A DNA stretch of 57,651 nt, the filler included, from Stramenopiles sp. TOSAG23-2 (Eukaryota), in assembly GCA_900128395.1 (NCBI GenBank). It is 3 parts of 3 records of this genome, joined end to end, with 100 filler letters (N's around TTAATTAATTAA, not from the genome) between each part and the next. Parts side by side here need not be neighbours in the genome. Positions count along the whole stretch, not along the records: positions 38,590 to 57,651 come from LT649590.1; 2 more parts are not named here. One strand, 5' to 3'. Both the position numbers and the translations under genes were made by a program. The notes under the pieces were generated by a model that was not told where the DNA came from, ran no database searches, and saw only the letters and a program-made list of their open reading frames with translations. Shown piece by piece: positions 55,353 through 57,651 of the stretch (positions are counted from its first letter, which is position 1; every line of letters starts with the position of its first letter).

Positions 55353-57534
55353 CTAAACATCACGTGAGTTTGGACGATTATATGGTGCACTCCTTCTTAA
55401 CGGTGTCGGGGTTTTTCCTTCGGTATCACTACTGCTATTTCTTTGATGAATTAAATATGGTTTCAAAGATTGATTCTCCAATGCAACACCCAATGTTCTA
55501 GCTTTTCCTTTTAAGTTCTTATCAAATAAAATATCTTCAACCAAACATATATTATTATCAAGCAATTCCTTTGCTTTTATAATACCAACGTTATGACCTA
55601 TCCAAGAACATGGTTTTCCGCATTTAGCATCGGATGCTACCCATTCACCAGATTCATAATTGCCTTTCCAAACTCCATTACCGCAATAATATTTATCTCT
55701 CAAGCCACGTAATACTGGATGTGCACGAGTAACTTTACGTCTTTTGCCACACCCGTCACACTTCAACCATGTAAAAAGGCTATCATTTTGTTCTTCAAGT
55801 TCGTTCCAATAATGCCTTGAAATGAAAGATTCTATATCGACATCTTCTTTTCCCTCTTCTTTTTCATCCGATTCTTTTTGCAAATCAGCTTCATCATCAT
55901 CAATGAAGGTATAAGTTGGTATGCTTATGGGATTTCCTGCATTTCTTCGTTTTTTTGGTGAATTGGATGCAAAGTTAAATTTTGAAGATTTCAACGAAGA
56001 ATATAATAAGTCTTCTTTTGCAATGGCATTCGTTTCATCATTTCGTGAAGGTGAAGATATACTGGACTCTTCCTCCTCCTCTTCTTCTTCTTCTTCCTCC
56101 TCCTCCTCTTCTTCTTCCTCCTCCTCCTCCTCTTCTTCTTCTTCTTCCTCCTCCTCCTCTTCTTTTTCCTCGCCGCTACTACTATCAGACAATTCTTCAT
56201 CTTCTTCGCTACTTGAATTTCCAACGATTTGTGTTGTTCTTCTAAATGATCTTAATTCCATCCTATTATTTTCTATAATGCTTTCCTTCTTCTCTAACAA
56301 TTCAAGTAACTTATCAACTTGTTTCTTTAATTTAGCATTTTCTTTTTCCAATTGAATTTCTCTCTTACTTCTCTCATCACCATCAGCAACTACAATATCA
56401 CCAATCTCCAAATCTCCTTCAATACTTTGGATATACTTCTTCATTCTCTCCATTCTCTGTAATTTCTTTTTCTCTTCCCGCATTTTCCGCTCTTTAATCT
56501 TTTGCTCTGCACGTCGCTTCTTTTCCTCTTCCAGCTCCTTTTTTCTCTTAGCTGCTGCTACTATTTTTTCAGCGAGAAGGATACGTCTTCTTTGTTCCTT
56601 CTCCTCCTTCGCCATCATCTTCCTTTCTTGTTTTTCCCGTCTTTGCCTCATCTCCAATAGCTTTCTCCTCTTGCGTTCCTCCTCCTCTTCTTTCCTCCTC
56701 TTCTTTCTTTGGATCTCCAACGCTTCCCTTTTTTTCTCAAGCTGTTTCTGTCGTTCTTTCATTTCAATAGCAAGTTTCTCTGATTGTTCTTCCGCAAGTG
56801 TCACACGAGCTTTCATTGCACGTTTCCCACGTCCTTTTGCACTTTTTTCCCTTTTTTTTTGTTCCTCTACTTCTTTCCTTTTTAAATGTCCTTTTGCATT
56901 TAATAAACGCCCACGCGATGTTCTTTGTGCACCTTCTTCCTCTTCCTCGTCATCATAATCCCCTTTTAATGTAGCTATAAAATCGACGACTTCTGAACCA
57001 GAAGCAAAAGCATTATAGCCAACACTTAAATCTTTACGTGTTACACCTGGCATGCAATACACCATACCATGTAAACCACCACTCGTCCATCGCCAACCTA
57101 ATGATTTCAAATAACACCACTTTTTTGTCAGTGTCCCCCCCGAACAATCGAAATCAAGATATGGTGCACGTCGTATTCGATCTACATACTCTATTGCATC
57201 GTCTTGGTCTGTAAAATATTCAATTCCATCTAATTCAGGATCTCTTAACATTTCTCTGGCTATACCTGGTGGGCAATATTTGCCATTTTTCCATGTCCAA
57301 CCCAATTTTACTAAAGCAGACCATAACCATCGCTGCATACCATCTGAAGTGTCTAATAATATGTATTTCGTTGCCTCTTCATGCGGAAGCTTATTTGCTT
57401 TTTTTGTTCTTGGTGACATGAAATCAATCGCTGGTTCGTCTTCATCATCCTCTTCCTCATTATTAGATGCATTATCAGTATCATTAGAAGCATTACCATC
57501 ATTCCTATTGTCCAACACGGTTGCTGTCGTCGTG

Positions 57535-57568
<34 letters not shown>

Positions 57569-57650
57569 AAATAGCAGCAGTTGCTGCTGTTGTTGTTGTA
57601 TTGCTTCTTGTTGTCTTATCATTTTCAATATTATTATTACATTTTATATC
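55353..57650 (-). CDS. 5'-partial nuclear-type protein: two W..L...GW.W..G..YC.PG repeats, coiled coil, poly-Glu tract and CW-type zinc-finger-like motif
   Basis: The frame stays open past 57518 to the window end (DIKCNNNIEND...TTTT). WLKCDGCGKRRKV...YYCG...W...C resembles zf-CW. Confidence 0.7.
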
Positions 57651-57651
57651 T

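Noticed and set aside
55921-56355. Poly-Ser/Pro/Lys shadow ORFs and the many other short antisense ORFs in the track
   Set aside because: They are alternative frames of real genes or of trinucleotide repeats, with no independent motifs.
57353-57628. Frameshift joining the 91-aa ORF to the 721-aa ORF
   Set aside because: The main frame is itself open to the window end, so no frameshift is needed.

Overview
AT-rich, gene-dense, intron-poor eukaryotic DNA in the standard code, with many (AAT)n poly-Asn tracts. It most plausibly comes from a heterotrophic protist, possibly a stramenopile; that is inference only. The window is three separate contigs (1-19248, 19349-38489, 38590-57651) joined by artificial 100-nt N/TTAATTAATTAA linkers, so adjacency across the linkers means nothing. 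About 28 protein genes are visible, mostly housekeeping: DBP9/DDX56, CUL3, DNase II, an ABCC transporter, GLO1, AK6, LSM8, dynein LC8, PDI-C/ERGIC, a DHHC palmitoyltransferase and NIPA and SLC43-type transporters. The most unusual items are: (1) a DUF501 domain fused to a DddQ/DddL-type DMSP-lyase-like cupin; (2) a 5'-truncated Penelope-like reverse transcriptase with no C-terminal GIY-YIG endonuclease, running to a contig end; (3) an S28 serine peptidase fused to a cathepsin-B-like C1A protease, frameshifted by a 103-bp tandem duplication; (4) a TPR domain fused to a queuosine-salvage (DUF2419/QNG1)-like domain; (5) a recurrent TACGA-n-TCGTA palindrome concentrated in 3' intergenic DNA; (6) paired direct repeats and GCTGGAA(T/G) arrays in divergent promoters. 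Several short-range inverted or duplicated segments resemble whole-genome-amplification chimeras and should be checked first. All family calls come from motif recognition by eye, not database searches.
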